Assembly: GCA_963740355.1 (NCBI GenBank)
Contig: CAVUDW010000003.1
Coordinates: 64,001-128,000, forward strand
Direction of reading: 5' to 3'
DNA: 64,000 nt
Source of the DNA: an uncultured Gemmatimonadaceae bacterium
GTDB lineage: Bacteria; Gemmatimonadota; Gemmatimonadetes; Gemmatimonadales; Gemmatimonadaceae
The number at the start of each line of letters is the position of its first letter. Within the stretch, counting starts at the first letter, position 1. The position numbers and the translations under genes were made by a program. Of the stretch, positions 40,493 through 50,662 are shown one piece after another. The notes under the pieces were generated by a model. The model saw only the letters and a program-made list of their open reading frames with translations. It had not been told where the DNA came from and searched no databases.

Positions 40493-41686
40493 TCACACGT
40501 TCTGTGCGACCGACCGCAACGAATCAGCGAAGCTGGTGGCGTATCCGTGCGCTCGCAGGTGCTGCATGGCTGCGTACACCGGCGCCTCGAGCTGCTCGGC
40601 GGCCTCCACCATCGTGCCGATGTCGAAGGGCACATCAGCGACACGCGCGAGATATTCCTCGGCGGCGGTGAGATACCCCATCATCCCGCCCAGCTCCGTC
40701 GGTGCGTACGCCTTCCGAGCCTGCCGCAGGAGTTCCGTACCGGCAGCCTCGTCGGGCATGGCGAGGTTTTCCGAGCCGCAGACGATGCGGAGGCGCGGAT
40801 TGGCCGCGATGACGCCGATCGACGCCATGTCCAGGGAACCACCAGCAGCGTTCACCACCAGCGCATCGATCGGGCTGGCGAGCAGGGCGGCCTTGGCCTC
40901 GGGCGCGAACACCTCGACACCCATCGCGGCCAGTTCCGCGCGCCGCTTGTCACTGGCATCGAGAGCGAGGATGTGCGTGCCCTGTGCGCGCAACCGCTCG
41001 AGGACTCGCGACCCAACGTTGCCGCAGCCAATCAGTCCAACCGTTGCATCCGGCAAGGCGATGTCACGCGCGCGAAGCATCGCCGCGAGCACGTGAAAGT
41101 TGCCCTGACCGGTGGGCTGTGACGTGTCCGAGACGACGCAACCGCGGAAGCGTGCATTGAGGTAGTCGAGCGATCGGGTCGTGCCATCCGACATCAGGCC
41201 ATGGCCAAGATCCTGGCCGGTGGTGATGAAGAATCCGCCGCGATCTTCCGCGTCGTGCAGACAGTCGATTGCGAAATCGAGCAGCGCCTGATCGTGCGGC
41301 TGTCCAACACGGGCATCGGCACTGGGGTGCAGCACACACTTGCCACCGACGATGCGGTTGGTGTCGCGGCGTGCGAGGGGGCCCGCGATCCCGAGCAGGC
41401 GCGACCACCCCACCTTCTCTTCCATCCCCACGGCGAGCCCAGCGGCCTCATGATCGGTATCGAAGCCGGCGGATTCCGTGCGTTCAAGCGGCGCAATCCG
41501 AAAGCCGCCCAGCGACAGCCGTCCGGAGCCCGGCGCGGCGCAGGTCGCGATGCTCAGCCGCCACCCGTGGGTCGGGTCGACGTAGCGGTAGATCCACACG
41601 TCAGGCGGCTCGCCGGCGTGACCTGTCGGGATCAGGGCGGCGGTGTCCGGCGGACAAAGCACCGTCGGGACGGGAGCGCGTGACAT
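40493..41686 (-). CDS. Divergent Glu/Leu/Phe/Val (amino-acid) dehydrogenase-like protein
   Basis: Colinear family-like motifs: LGGFR, LAVGMEEK, VGGK, FITTGQDLG, TSQPTGQG, Rossmann GCGNVG, NAAGG, IVCGSEN, YAP; start at ATG 41686. Confidence 0.7.
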   Translation of the reverse strand: MSRAPVPTVLCPPDTAALIPTGHAGEPPDVWIYRYVDPTHGWRLSIATCAAPGSGRLSLGGFRIAPLERTESAGFDTDHEAAGLAVGMEEKVGWSRLLGIAGPLARRDTNRIVGGKCVLHPSADARVGQPHDQALLDFAIDCLHDAEDRGGFFITTGQDLGHGLMSDGTTRSLDYLNARFRGCVVSDTSQPTGQGNFHVLAAMLRARDIALPDATVGLIGCGNVGSRVLERLRAQGTHILALDASDKRRAELAAMGVEVFAPEAKAALLASPIDALVVNAAGGSLDMASIGVIAANPRLRIVCGSENLAMPDEAAGTELLRQARKAYAPTELGGMMGYLTAAEEYLARVADVPFDIGTMVEAAEQLEAPVYAAMQHLRAHGYATSFADSLRSVAQNV

Positions 41687-41861
41687 ACGAAGAATGGCGG
41701 ACTCGGGTGTGGACGGCGGCAGGCGAGAGGCCGGAACGCTAACGGAACACGCCGTGCGGACCCAGTGAGTCCGCACGGCGCGCAAGAAAGACGGACCAGT
41801 CTGACTTCACGTCACAGTACGCCGAAGCACCACGATCTGTTGCATCGGCGCACGGACCTCC

Positions 41862-42494
41862 CTACACGCTCCGGCGGCGCCGACTCACGAGCGCAAGGCC
41901 GCCGAGGCCCGTCAGCATGAGCAGGTAAGTCGACGGTTCCGGTACGACACCAGGCGGCGCGTTGGGGGCGTTCAGGGTGAAGCTGTCGATGGAGACGAGG
42001 ACGCCGTCGGTAATTCCGTCACCAGTCCAGCGCACTTCGATGGTGTTGAGGCCGGCGATGAAGTTCGTGAACGTCTGTGGCGTCGCGAGCTGGTAGGTGT
42101 TCGCCGGTCCGCAGGCTGCCGACGTGCCCGCCTGCACGCCGTTGATCCAGATGCCAAGCGGCGTATTGTCCGCCGTACAACGCATGGTGACCGACAGCTG
42201 GTCGGTCGCGCCGAGCTCGAACGTCGTGCGCGCGGCGTAGGTGGTGAACAACCCCGTGATCGTGCCACTCGGCGTCGCGCCAGTCCACTGGTAGTTGCCC
42301 GGCGAATTCGGCGTACCCGGGCGCGAAGGCAGGACGAAACCCTGTGAGAAGGCGCCGTCCAGGGCGGCGATGTACCAGCGTGTGTCTCGCCCATCGGCGA
42401 GTGTGACGCCAGTGCCGACCAATAGTTGCGCGTGGCCCAGCGACGGTGCCAACAACAGTGCTGCCGCAGTGATCAACTGTCTGTGGAGCTTCAT
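41862..42494 (-). CDS. PEP-CTERM sorting-domain surface protein
   Basis: Signal peptide; C-terminal VPEPSTYLLMLTGLGGLALVSRRRRSV. Confidence 0.92.
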   Translation of the reverse strand: MKLHRQLITAAALLLAPSLGHAQLLVGTGVTLADGRDTRWYIAALDGAFSQGFVLPSRPGTPNSPGNYQWTGATPSGTITGLFTTYAARTTFELGATDQLSVTMRCTADNTPLGIWINGVQAGTSAACGPANTYQLATPQTFTNFIAGLNTIEVRWTGDGITDGVLVSIDSFTLNAPNAPPGVVPEPSTYLLMLTGLGGLALVSRRRRSV

Positions 42495-42784
42495 GAATGA
42501 CGCGCCTCGTGCCGATGGTGATCCGTGTCGGGGCGCAGTCGGCGCGACCCCTCACCAAAGCAGACGCTGCCATGCCTTCCCGATTCTCACGGACCTCCAG
42601 CTGCGAGCCCGTCACCAGCAAAGCCTGCACCTTGGAGGCAGGCCGCACGCCTGACGGCACTGATTGCCCCCAGATCGATCGCGAACCGGGGCTGCACGCG
42701 AATCACCCTCGGGCGCTGGCAACGCCCTGCCCGACGCACCAGTCACCCTCGGGATCATCGCGGCAGTCGTGCCACGGCAGAGCG

Positions 42785-44348
<1,564 letters not shown>

Positions 44349-44364
44349 AATCGATTGTTCGTGC

Positions 44365-44394
44365 AGACTAGTGGCGACTGGCCGCGTACGTCAA
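44365..44394 (-). promoter_or_regulatory. Sigma70-type promoter of the riboswitch-metY transcript
   Basis: Minus strand TTGACG (44394-44389), 18-nt spacer, TAGTCT (44370-44365), just upstream of the aptamer. Confidence 0.65.
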
Positions 44395-44424
44395 GTGTTC
44401 GGCAGCCTGAACCACGCGGGCTCG

Positions 44425-46704
44425 TCAGATCAGGTCCTCGAGCCCGGCAACTCGCATCAGTCGTGTGTAGCGCGGATCCACCGCAAAGCCGCGAAAGTCC
44501 ACCGGCATGTCGGCGAGCATGCGGCGCAAGCGTCCCGGTCGGTTCTCGAACGCCTTCAGCACCCAATCCATCGCGCTGTGCCAGTCGCCGAGTTCAGCGT
44601 ATCCGGAGGCCAGGCGGTCGCCGACCGTGCGACGGAAATAGTCGTAGAACGGATCACTGCGCTCAGCGTCGAGGAGCAACCCATCAACTTCGCGACGCAC
44701 GTCATTCTGGATCGCGGCTGCAGGACCGACCGTGAGGACATCGGCATCGAGCAGTTCCGCGCGATCGCGCTGATTGGCCGACCGCAGACGCGCGCTGCGC
44801 AATTCGGCCGCGAGATCGAGCTCGCCGTGCGCACGGCGCGCCCGTTCGAGTCGTTCAAGCGCCGGACCATAGTTCGGCACGAGGGCAATCGCCTTCCGTA
44901 ACGCGTCGATCGCATCGGAGTTGCGACCGGCGGCAAGCAACACGTCGCCCAAGGTATTCCAGAACGGTCCGATCTCCGGCGCCATGACGCACGCATTGCG
45001 TGCGGCATCGATCGCTTCGTCGAGACGCCCCATGATCTTGCAGACGATGCTCCAGAAGCGCAGCACCTCCGGATTTGAGGGATCCAGTTCCATCGACCGG
45101 CGCGCATGCCGAAGGGCCAGGTGAATGTCGTCATCGTTGTAGAGCGCAATCTTTGCCAACGACGAGTGCACTTCGGCGCATTGATCGTCCGCAGCCAGCG
45201 CTTCATACATCAGCCGTCGGCCTTCGATCAGCGATTCCTCGCGCGGCAGCAAGCCATAGTTACCCTCGACCGACACGAGATTCCCCATCGCGCTCAACGC
45301 CCGGGGATTCTTCGGCTCCAGCGCGAGTGCGCGCATAAGGTATGTGCGCGCCTCCCGCATGTACGACACCGAGGCCGCACCGCCGCTTGGGCCGAACTGA
45401 TTGAAGGCGTTGACGCCCTTGATGACGAACTGCTCGGCTTCGCTGAGGCGCGCGCTGGACTGCGGGCGATGCGGGTGTGCAGCGGTCGTGACCGAGACGG
45501 TGCGCGCAAACCATGCGGCGACCCGTTCCGTCACCGCATCCTCGAGCGCAAACAGATCGTCGAGTGCGCCGTCGGCGTTCTCGGACCAGCGCAATGCCCC
45601 ATCCGCACCCACGACGCGCATCGAGACCCGCACACGCTGCCCAGATCGCCGCACATTTCCTTCGACCAGCAGTGTCGCCTGCATCCGATCGGTGAGGTGC
45701 ACCCGCACACCGGGCACGCCGGCCAGTGAAGACGCAATTGCCGCAGTCACGGCGGTGGCGACCGGCGCGCACTCCGCATCGTCGCTCGCATACGTGAGCG
45801 CGCCGACAGCGACGGTCTCGATGGTCACGACGGGCAAGAGCGCCGCACTCGTCTGAGGCGGCTGCACTTGCGACGCGGCACGCAGGCGACGCGACACGTC
45901 GGCCGCGGTGGCGGGCCGCCGCGCGGGATCTTTCTCCAGCAGTTGCATCACGATCTGCTGAAGCTCGGCGGGCGCGGTGGTGCCGCGTTCGCCGAGTGGC
46001 TGCGGTGGTTCTGACAGATGTTTGCCAAGCACAGCCAGCGCGGTGGCAGCAACAAAGGGCGGCTCCCCACAGAGCAGCTCGTAGAGAAGACAGCCAAGGC
46101 TGTAGAGGTCTGACCGGCCGTCGAGGTTCGGTTCGCCAAGCCCCTGCTCCGGGCTCATGTACGCCAGCGTACCGAGCACCATGCCGCCCGTCGTGAGATC
46201 GCGACCGCTGCCGGCGCCTTGGCCGATCAGTCGCGCGATGCCGAAGTCCGCGAGCACCGCGCGTCCGGCGACAGTGAACACATTCTCCGGCTTCACGTCA
46301 CGATGCACGATGCCGGTTCCGTGTGCAATGGCGAGCGCTTCAGCGACATCGGCTCCCAGCGACGCCGCCTCCTGCGGCGTCAGGCGTCGTTCGCGAGACA
46401 GACGTGCCCGCAGCGTTTCGCCGGCCACGAATGGCATCACGTAATACAGCCGACCGTCTGCCACGCCGGAATCGAAGAGCGCAACGATGCCTGGATGCAC
46501 CAGCTTCGCCATGAGGGCGATCTCGCGCTGAAATCGCTCCGCGCCAACACTGCTGGAGAGGTCGCCGGACAGCACCTTGATCGCGACGTACCGGCCGAGG
46601 TGGTTGTCGTGCGCCCGATAGACGACGGCCATGCCGCCACGCCCGATCTCGCGGTCGAGCTCAAAACGAGGCGGCAAGGAAAGGCTGGCGACTTCGGTAG
46701 TCAT
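44425..46704 (-). CDS. Hanks-type Ser/Thr protein kinase with TPR region (no obvious TM)
   Basis: IGRGGMAVVY, VAIKV, HRDVKPEN, DFG, YMSPEQ; C-terminal TPR-like helices; start at ATG 46704. Confidence 0.92.
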   Translation of the reverse strand: MTTEVASLSLPPRFELDREIGRGGMAVVYRAHDNHLGRYVAIKVLSGDLSSSVGAERFQREIALMAKLVHPGIVALFDSGVADGRLYYVMPFVAGETLRARLSRERRLTPQEAASLGADVAEALAIAHGTGIVHRDVKPENVFTVAGRAVLADFGIARLIGQGAGSGRDLTTGGMVLGTLAYMSPEQGLGEPNLDGRSDLYSLGCLLYELLCGEPPFVAATALAVLGKHLSEPPQPLGERGTTAPAELQQIVMQLLEKDPARRPATAADVSRRLRAASQVQPPQTSAALLPVVTIETVAVGALTYASDDAECAPVATAVTAAIASSLAGVPGVRVHLTDRMQATLLVEGNVRRSGQRVRVSMRVVGADGALRWSENADGALDDLFALEDAVTERVAAWFARTVSVTTAAHPHRPQSSARLSEAEQFVIKGVNAFNQFGPSGGAASVSYMREARTYLMRALALEPKNPRALSAMGNLVSVEGNYGLLPREESLIEGRRLMYEALAADDQCAEVHSSLAKIALYNDDDIHLALRHARRSMELDPSNPEVLRFWSIVCKIMGRLDEAIDAARNACVMAPEIGPFWNTLGDVLLAAGRNSDAIDALRKAIALVPNYGPALERLERARRAHGELDLAAELRSARLRSANQRDRAELLDADVLTVGPAAAIQNDVRREVDGLLLDAERSDPFYDYFRRTVGDRLASGYAELGDWHSAMDWVLKAFENRPGRLRRMLADMPVDFRGFAVDPRYTRLMRVAGLEDLI

Positions 46705-46919
46705 GGGCGGGGCACGAAGCAGTTGGCGACGGAACGTGACATCGTCGGAGATATAGCAGCCGGTGCTGTGGTGTGCGGACCGATTCGCTTGACTGTTGCC
46801 CGACCAGGTGCTGCTGAGCATGCCCGAACCGGTCGCGAGGGTTAACCTCGTCTCTGTCCGGCGCGCCGAACACCGTGGGCGCACGCTTCAGGCCGGACAC
46901 ACTCCGGAGCGAGCCGCGC

Positions 46920-47480
46920 GTGACCCTGATCAGCACCGAGCGCACTCTCCTGCGCGAGATGACCGTGGAGGATGCGCCATTCATCCTCAACCTTCTCAAC
47001 CAGCCGTCATTCGTCCGCTACATCGGCGATCGACAGGTGCGGACGGTTGATGACGCCGCGACCTTCATCGAAACACGCTACCGGCAGAGTTACCGCGAGC
47101 ACGGCTATGGGCTCTACGTGGTGGCGCATCGGGAGTCGGCTGCCCCGATGGGGATGTGTGGCTTCGTGCGGCGGGCCGGCCTGCCCTGCGCCGACATCGG
47201 CTTTGCATTTCTTCCCCAGTACGAAGGCTGTGGCTACGCCTTCGAGGCCGCAGCGGCGGTGCTCGAGTTCGGGCGCACGACGCTCCGTCTTCCCCGTGTG
47301 CTGGCAATCGCCCAGCCGGACAACGTGCGATCTCATCAACTACTGATTCGCCTCGGCTTCGAACGGACCTCGCTCATGACGATGCCCGGTGATGTAACAC
47401 CCGTGGTCGTCTTCGCCCTCGATCTGACGTCGGACGACGTACGTCTTCCCCAAAGGGATGACGCGACCGGGTACGCATGA
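46920..47480 (+). CDS. GNAT N-acetyltransferase (RimJ/RimL family)
   Basis: TERTLLRE, DIGFAFLPQYEGCGYAFEAA, NVRS..LGF; likely GTG start at 46920. Confidence 0.88.
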   Translation: MTLISTERTLLREMTVEDAPFILNLLNQPSFVRYIGDRQVRTVDDAATFIETRYRQSYREHGYGLYVVAHRESAAPMGMCGFVRRAGLPCADIGFAFLPQYEGCGYAFEAAAAVLEFGRTTLRLPRVLAIAQPDNVRSHQLLIRLGFERTSLMTMPGDVTPVVVFALDLTSDDVRLPQRDDATGYA

Positions 47481-47662
47481 TCGTTGGCCGTGGAGCGGCG
47501 CGGGAAATGGCACCGCCGACTACATTTGTTTTCGCACATACGGCCTTTCCTGATCACCGGCTGGGCGCGCCATTCAGGGTGTCGGCGGACGCGCCGTTAC
47601 TCGTGTCTGGGTCGTGTTGACGAGTGGGACGAGTGCCTGGAAATGAGCGTTCCTTGGTCACC

Positions 47663-47917
47663 ATGGCGGTAACCAAGACGACCTCTGGGTCGTCTGTCGC
47701 TGCGGGGCAGCCGACGGTGTCGGAGGCCTCTCTCGACGCCGCGGAGCCAGGCTCTTCGGGCGTCGATCAGTGCGCGGCCCACCCAGCCACCTTTTCTCCT
47801 GCTCGGACCAGCGTGATCACAGAAGATGCGGGACGGCATGCCCCACCCGGCCTGCAATCCCAGCCCGACCTCGTCACGCCCATGCTTGCATGGGGCGCTG
47901 ATCGGTGCGTGGCATGA
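47663..47917 (+). CDS. Possible small hypothetical protein translationally coupled to the flippase
   Basis: 84-aa ORF whose TGA overlaps the flippase ATG (ATGA at 47914-47917); no recognisable family. Confidence 0.3.
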   Translation: MAVTKTTSGSSVAAGQPTVSEASLDAAEPGSSGVDQCAAHPATFSPARTSVITEDAGRHAPPGLQSQPDLVTPMLAWGADRCVA

Positions 47918-49524
47918 GCAGTCTTCCTGAGGCCCCTGCGCCGGATTCACTCGTTTCCGCAGCGCCGAGCGCCGCGGAACCGGGTCCGAAAGCGAAGGCT
48001 CCGCTGCGTCCCGACACCATGACGCCGCGCTCTGGCGCAGCGCTGCGGTCCGACGTCTCCAACTCGATCGGGAACGCGCTCAAGCTCGGCGTCTCGCTGC
48101 TTGGGACCTGGGCCGTCGCCCTGTTGATCCGGATGGCGCTCCCGCGCTTCCTCGGTCCGGCGGCGTTCGGCGAGCTGCAATTTGCGGATGCGTTCTCGAT
48201 AGTGGCGATGGTGGTGACTTGGCTGGGCGTCGAGACCTACATCCGAAAGGAAGTCCCAACGCGACCGGACCATGCGTCGGATTTCATCGGCGGCACCATG
48301 ACGGTCGGCGTGTCGCTCGGCGTGCTGGCCATCCTGATCGCGATTCCAGCACTGCAAGCGGCCGGCAAGTCGGCGCCCGTGCTGATCCTGGTAGCGATCC
48401 TGAGTTGCGGCCAGATTCTCGCCAACCAGAACAACACACTCTCCGCGGTCCTGCACGCCACCGGCAAGATCGACGGACTGGCGGTGCTCAACATCGGTGC
48501 GAAGGTGGCATGGGGCGGCGGTATCGCGCTCAGCTTCTTCCTCGGGTTCGGCGTGCGCGGCGTCGCGTTCTCGATGCTGGCGTCGGAAGTGCTGCGGTTG
48601 GCCTGCCTGATCTACCTCACGCAGCAGCACGCCGGGCTGCGGTTCAAGTTCGATCGCAAGGCGACGACCGCCGTGCTGGTGTCGAGCGCCCCGTACTACC
48701 TGCTGGGCCTCGCGCAGTCGATCTACTCGCGCATCGACGTCAGCATCCTGTCGTTCCTCTCGAACTACACCGAGGTCGGCTGGTACGGCGCGGCATCCAC
48801 GATCGCAGGCATGTCCCTCCTTCTCTCACCTCTCATTTCGTGGGTGATCCTGCCGCTGACGCAGCGAGCGGCGGCCCGATCGCATGACGAACTGATGATG
48901 GTCTCGCGGCGTGCGCTGGAACTGATCCTTGTCTCTGCGTTCCCGGTGACGCTGGCGTTCTTCGTCTCGGCGCCGATCATCGTACCGCTGGCGTTCGGGC
49001 CGGAGTTTGCCGTCGCCTCACACGCGCTGCGGATCCTCGCGCCGACATTCGTGCTCACGTACGCGGCCATCGTCTGCGGCTCGCTGCTGATCCGCATGGG
49101 CAAGGGATGGGTTGCGACTGGCATTTCAGTGGCCGGCATGTTGCTGGCGCCAGTGCTCAACCTGCTCATCGTGCCGATCTTCCAGCGGAACTTCGGTCCC
49201 GGTGGCGCCGGCATGGGCGCGGCGACCTGTCTCAGCCTGACGGAGTTGTTTGCGGCCAGCATGATGATGTATGCGCTTGGCCGCGAGATCATCGATCGGC
49301 GCACGATCACGGTCCTCTCGAAGACGGTGCTGGTAGGCCTCGGCGTGATCGCGCTGGACTATGTGTTGACGCCGCTGATCGGCGTCTGGCGCTTGCCGGT
49401 GGATGGCCTGGCCTACGTTGGCGTCGGTGTCCTCATCGGTGCGATTGACGTGAAGGGGCTGTCGTCGATCGTGAAGAACGCGCTGGCGGAACGTCGCAAG
49501 CAGAAGTCGGAGGTGGCGGCATGA
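47914..49524 (+). CDS. Wzx-like oligosaccharide flippase (polysaccharide biosynthesis protein)
   Basis: 536 aa, many TM segments; RFLGPAAFG, YSRIDVSIL, VGWYGAA, FGPEF, LNLLIVP..G..GAGMGAA. Confidence 0.85.
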   Translation: MSSLPEAPAPDSLVSAAPSAAEPGPKAKAPLRPDTMTPRSGAALRSDVSNSIGNALKLGVSLLGTWAVALLIRMALPRFLGPAAFGELQFADAFSIVAMVVTWLGVETYIRKEVPTRPDHASDFIGGTMTVGVSLGVLAILIAIPALQAAGKSAPVLILVAILSCGQILANQNNTLSAVLHATGKIDGLAVLNIGAKVAWGGGIALSFFLGFGVRGVAFSMLASEVLRLACLIYLTQQHAGLRFKFDRKATTAVLVSSAPYYLLGLAQSIYSRIDVSILSFLSNYTEVGWYGAASTIAGMSLLLSPLISWVILPLTQRAAARSHDELMMVSRRALELILVSAFPVTLAFFVSAPIIVPLAFGPEFAVASHALRILAPTFVLTYAAIVCGSLLIRMGKGWVATGISVAGMLLAPVLNLLIVPIFQRNFGPGGAGMGAATCLSLTELFAASMMMYALGREIIDRRTITVLSKTVLVGLGVIALDYVLTPLIGVWRLPVDGLAYVGVGVLIGAIDVKGLSSIVKNALAERRKQKSEVAA

Positions 49525-50603
49525 GTTCGAACGATGCAATCGCGCCGTCGGCGCCGGACATCAGCGTCGTCATCGCGACCTACAATCGCACCGAGTCGTT
49601 GGTGCGACTGCTGAAGTTGCTCGCCGTGCAGACCATCGACGCGACGCGTTTCGAGGTGGTGGTGGTGGATGATGGCTCTCGTGTGCCGGCCGAGCCGGTG
49701 CTCCGCGAACTCGCGCCGTCATTGCCGTATCGTCTACATCCGATCACGCAGGTGAATGGTGGTCCGGGCGCGGCGCGCAACACAGGCATTCAGGCTGCGA
49801 ACGGGACGTTGATCGTGATCGTGGACGACGACATGCGCGTCAGTCCCACCTTTCTCGAGTCGCACCTGAAGGGCCATCCGGCGGGTACGCGTCGCGTGGT
49901 GCTGGGCGTGCTGCTTCCCGACCCCGAAGCCACGCTGCCGTTGTTCGAGCGTTACCAGATGGCGATGCTCGACCGACTGTACACGAATGTGCGCACCGGC
50001 CGGGAGCAGATGCGCGGCTGGGATCTCTACACTGGCAATGTGTCGTTCCGCCGTGCCGACTATCTCGCCGTTGGCGGCTTCGACCGGTCACTGCGCCTGT
50101 CGGAGGACGCTGAACTGGGCATGCGGCTCGAGGAGGATGGCGTGTCGTTCACTCTGTCCGATGATGCCGCCTCGGTGAACGCGTCGGACCATGTGTCGGT
50201 GCGGGCCTGGATGCGGCGTTCCCTGCTCTATGGCAAGTCGGACACGCGCATTTCCGAGAAACATCCGGAACTGCCGGCGGCAAATCCGTGGCGATTCCTC
50301 TTCATGGTCAACCGAGTCTCGCGGCCGTTCATGCTGGGCTGCGTGGTGGTGCCGCGGCTGATGCGGCCCGTGGCATGGCTGGCGATGGGCACATCCCTCG
50401 CGCTCGGTCGGCTGGGCTTCGAGAAGGTGGCCATCGCCGGCACGACGTTCGCGTACGGGCTGCAATACTTTCGTGGCATCCGGGCGCACTGCGGCACGAT
50501 GAGTGACGCTCTTGCGTCGCTAGACAAGTACAAGGCACAGCGGCCCACCGATCGCGTGGGGCCGGTGAGTGGCATCGGCAACCCGTCCGTCAACGCACAC
50601 TGA
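49521..50603 (+). CDS. Family 2 glycosyltransferase
   Basis: ISVVIATYNR, VVDDGS, GPGAARN, VDDD, GGFD, EDAELG; ATGA overlap with the flippase. Confidence 0.92.
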   Translation: MSSNDAIAPSAPDISVVIATYNRTESLVRLLKLLAVQTIDATRFEVVVVDDGSRVPAEPVLRELAPSLPYRLHPITQVNGGPGAARNTGIQAANGTLIVIVDDDMRVSPTFLESHLKGHPAGTRRVVLGVLLPDPEATLPLFERYQMAMLDRLYTNVRTGREQMRGWDLYTGNVSFRRADYLAVGGFDRSLRLSEDAELGMRLEEDGVSFTLSDDAASVNASDHVSVRAWMRRSLLYGKSDTRISEKHPELPAANPWRFLFMVNRVSRPFMLGCVVVPRLMRPVAWLAMGTSLALGRLGFEKVAIAGTTFAYGLQYFRGIRAHCGTMSDALASLDKYKAQRPTDRVGPVSGIGNPSVNAH

Positions 50604-50662
50604 CAGGCGTCCAGCAAATCCGCGCCACGAGGCACGAGAGGCGTTGGATGCCGTTCGTCGCC

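Noticed and set aside
42760..42774. Sigma54-like TGGCACG-N4-CCGC on the minus strand upstream of the PEP-CTERM gene
   Set aside because: The -12 element is CCGC rather than TTGC and the site is about 265 nt from the start codon; too weak to call.
47665..47674. GGCGGTAACC resembling an ops/JUMPStart element upstream of the flippase
   Set aside because: It mismatches GGCGGTAG, has no JUMPStart hairpin, and is likely by chance at this GC content.
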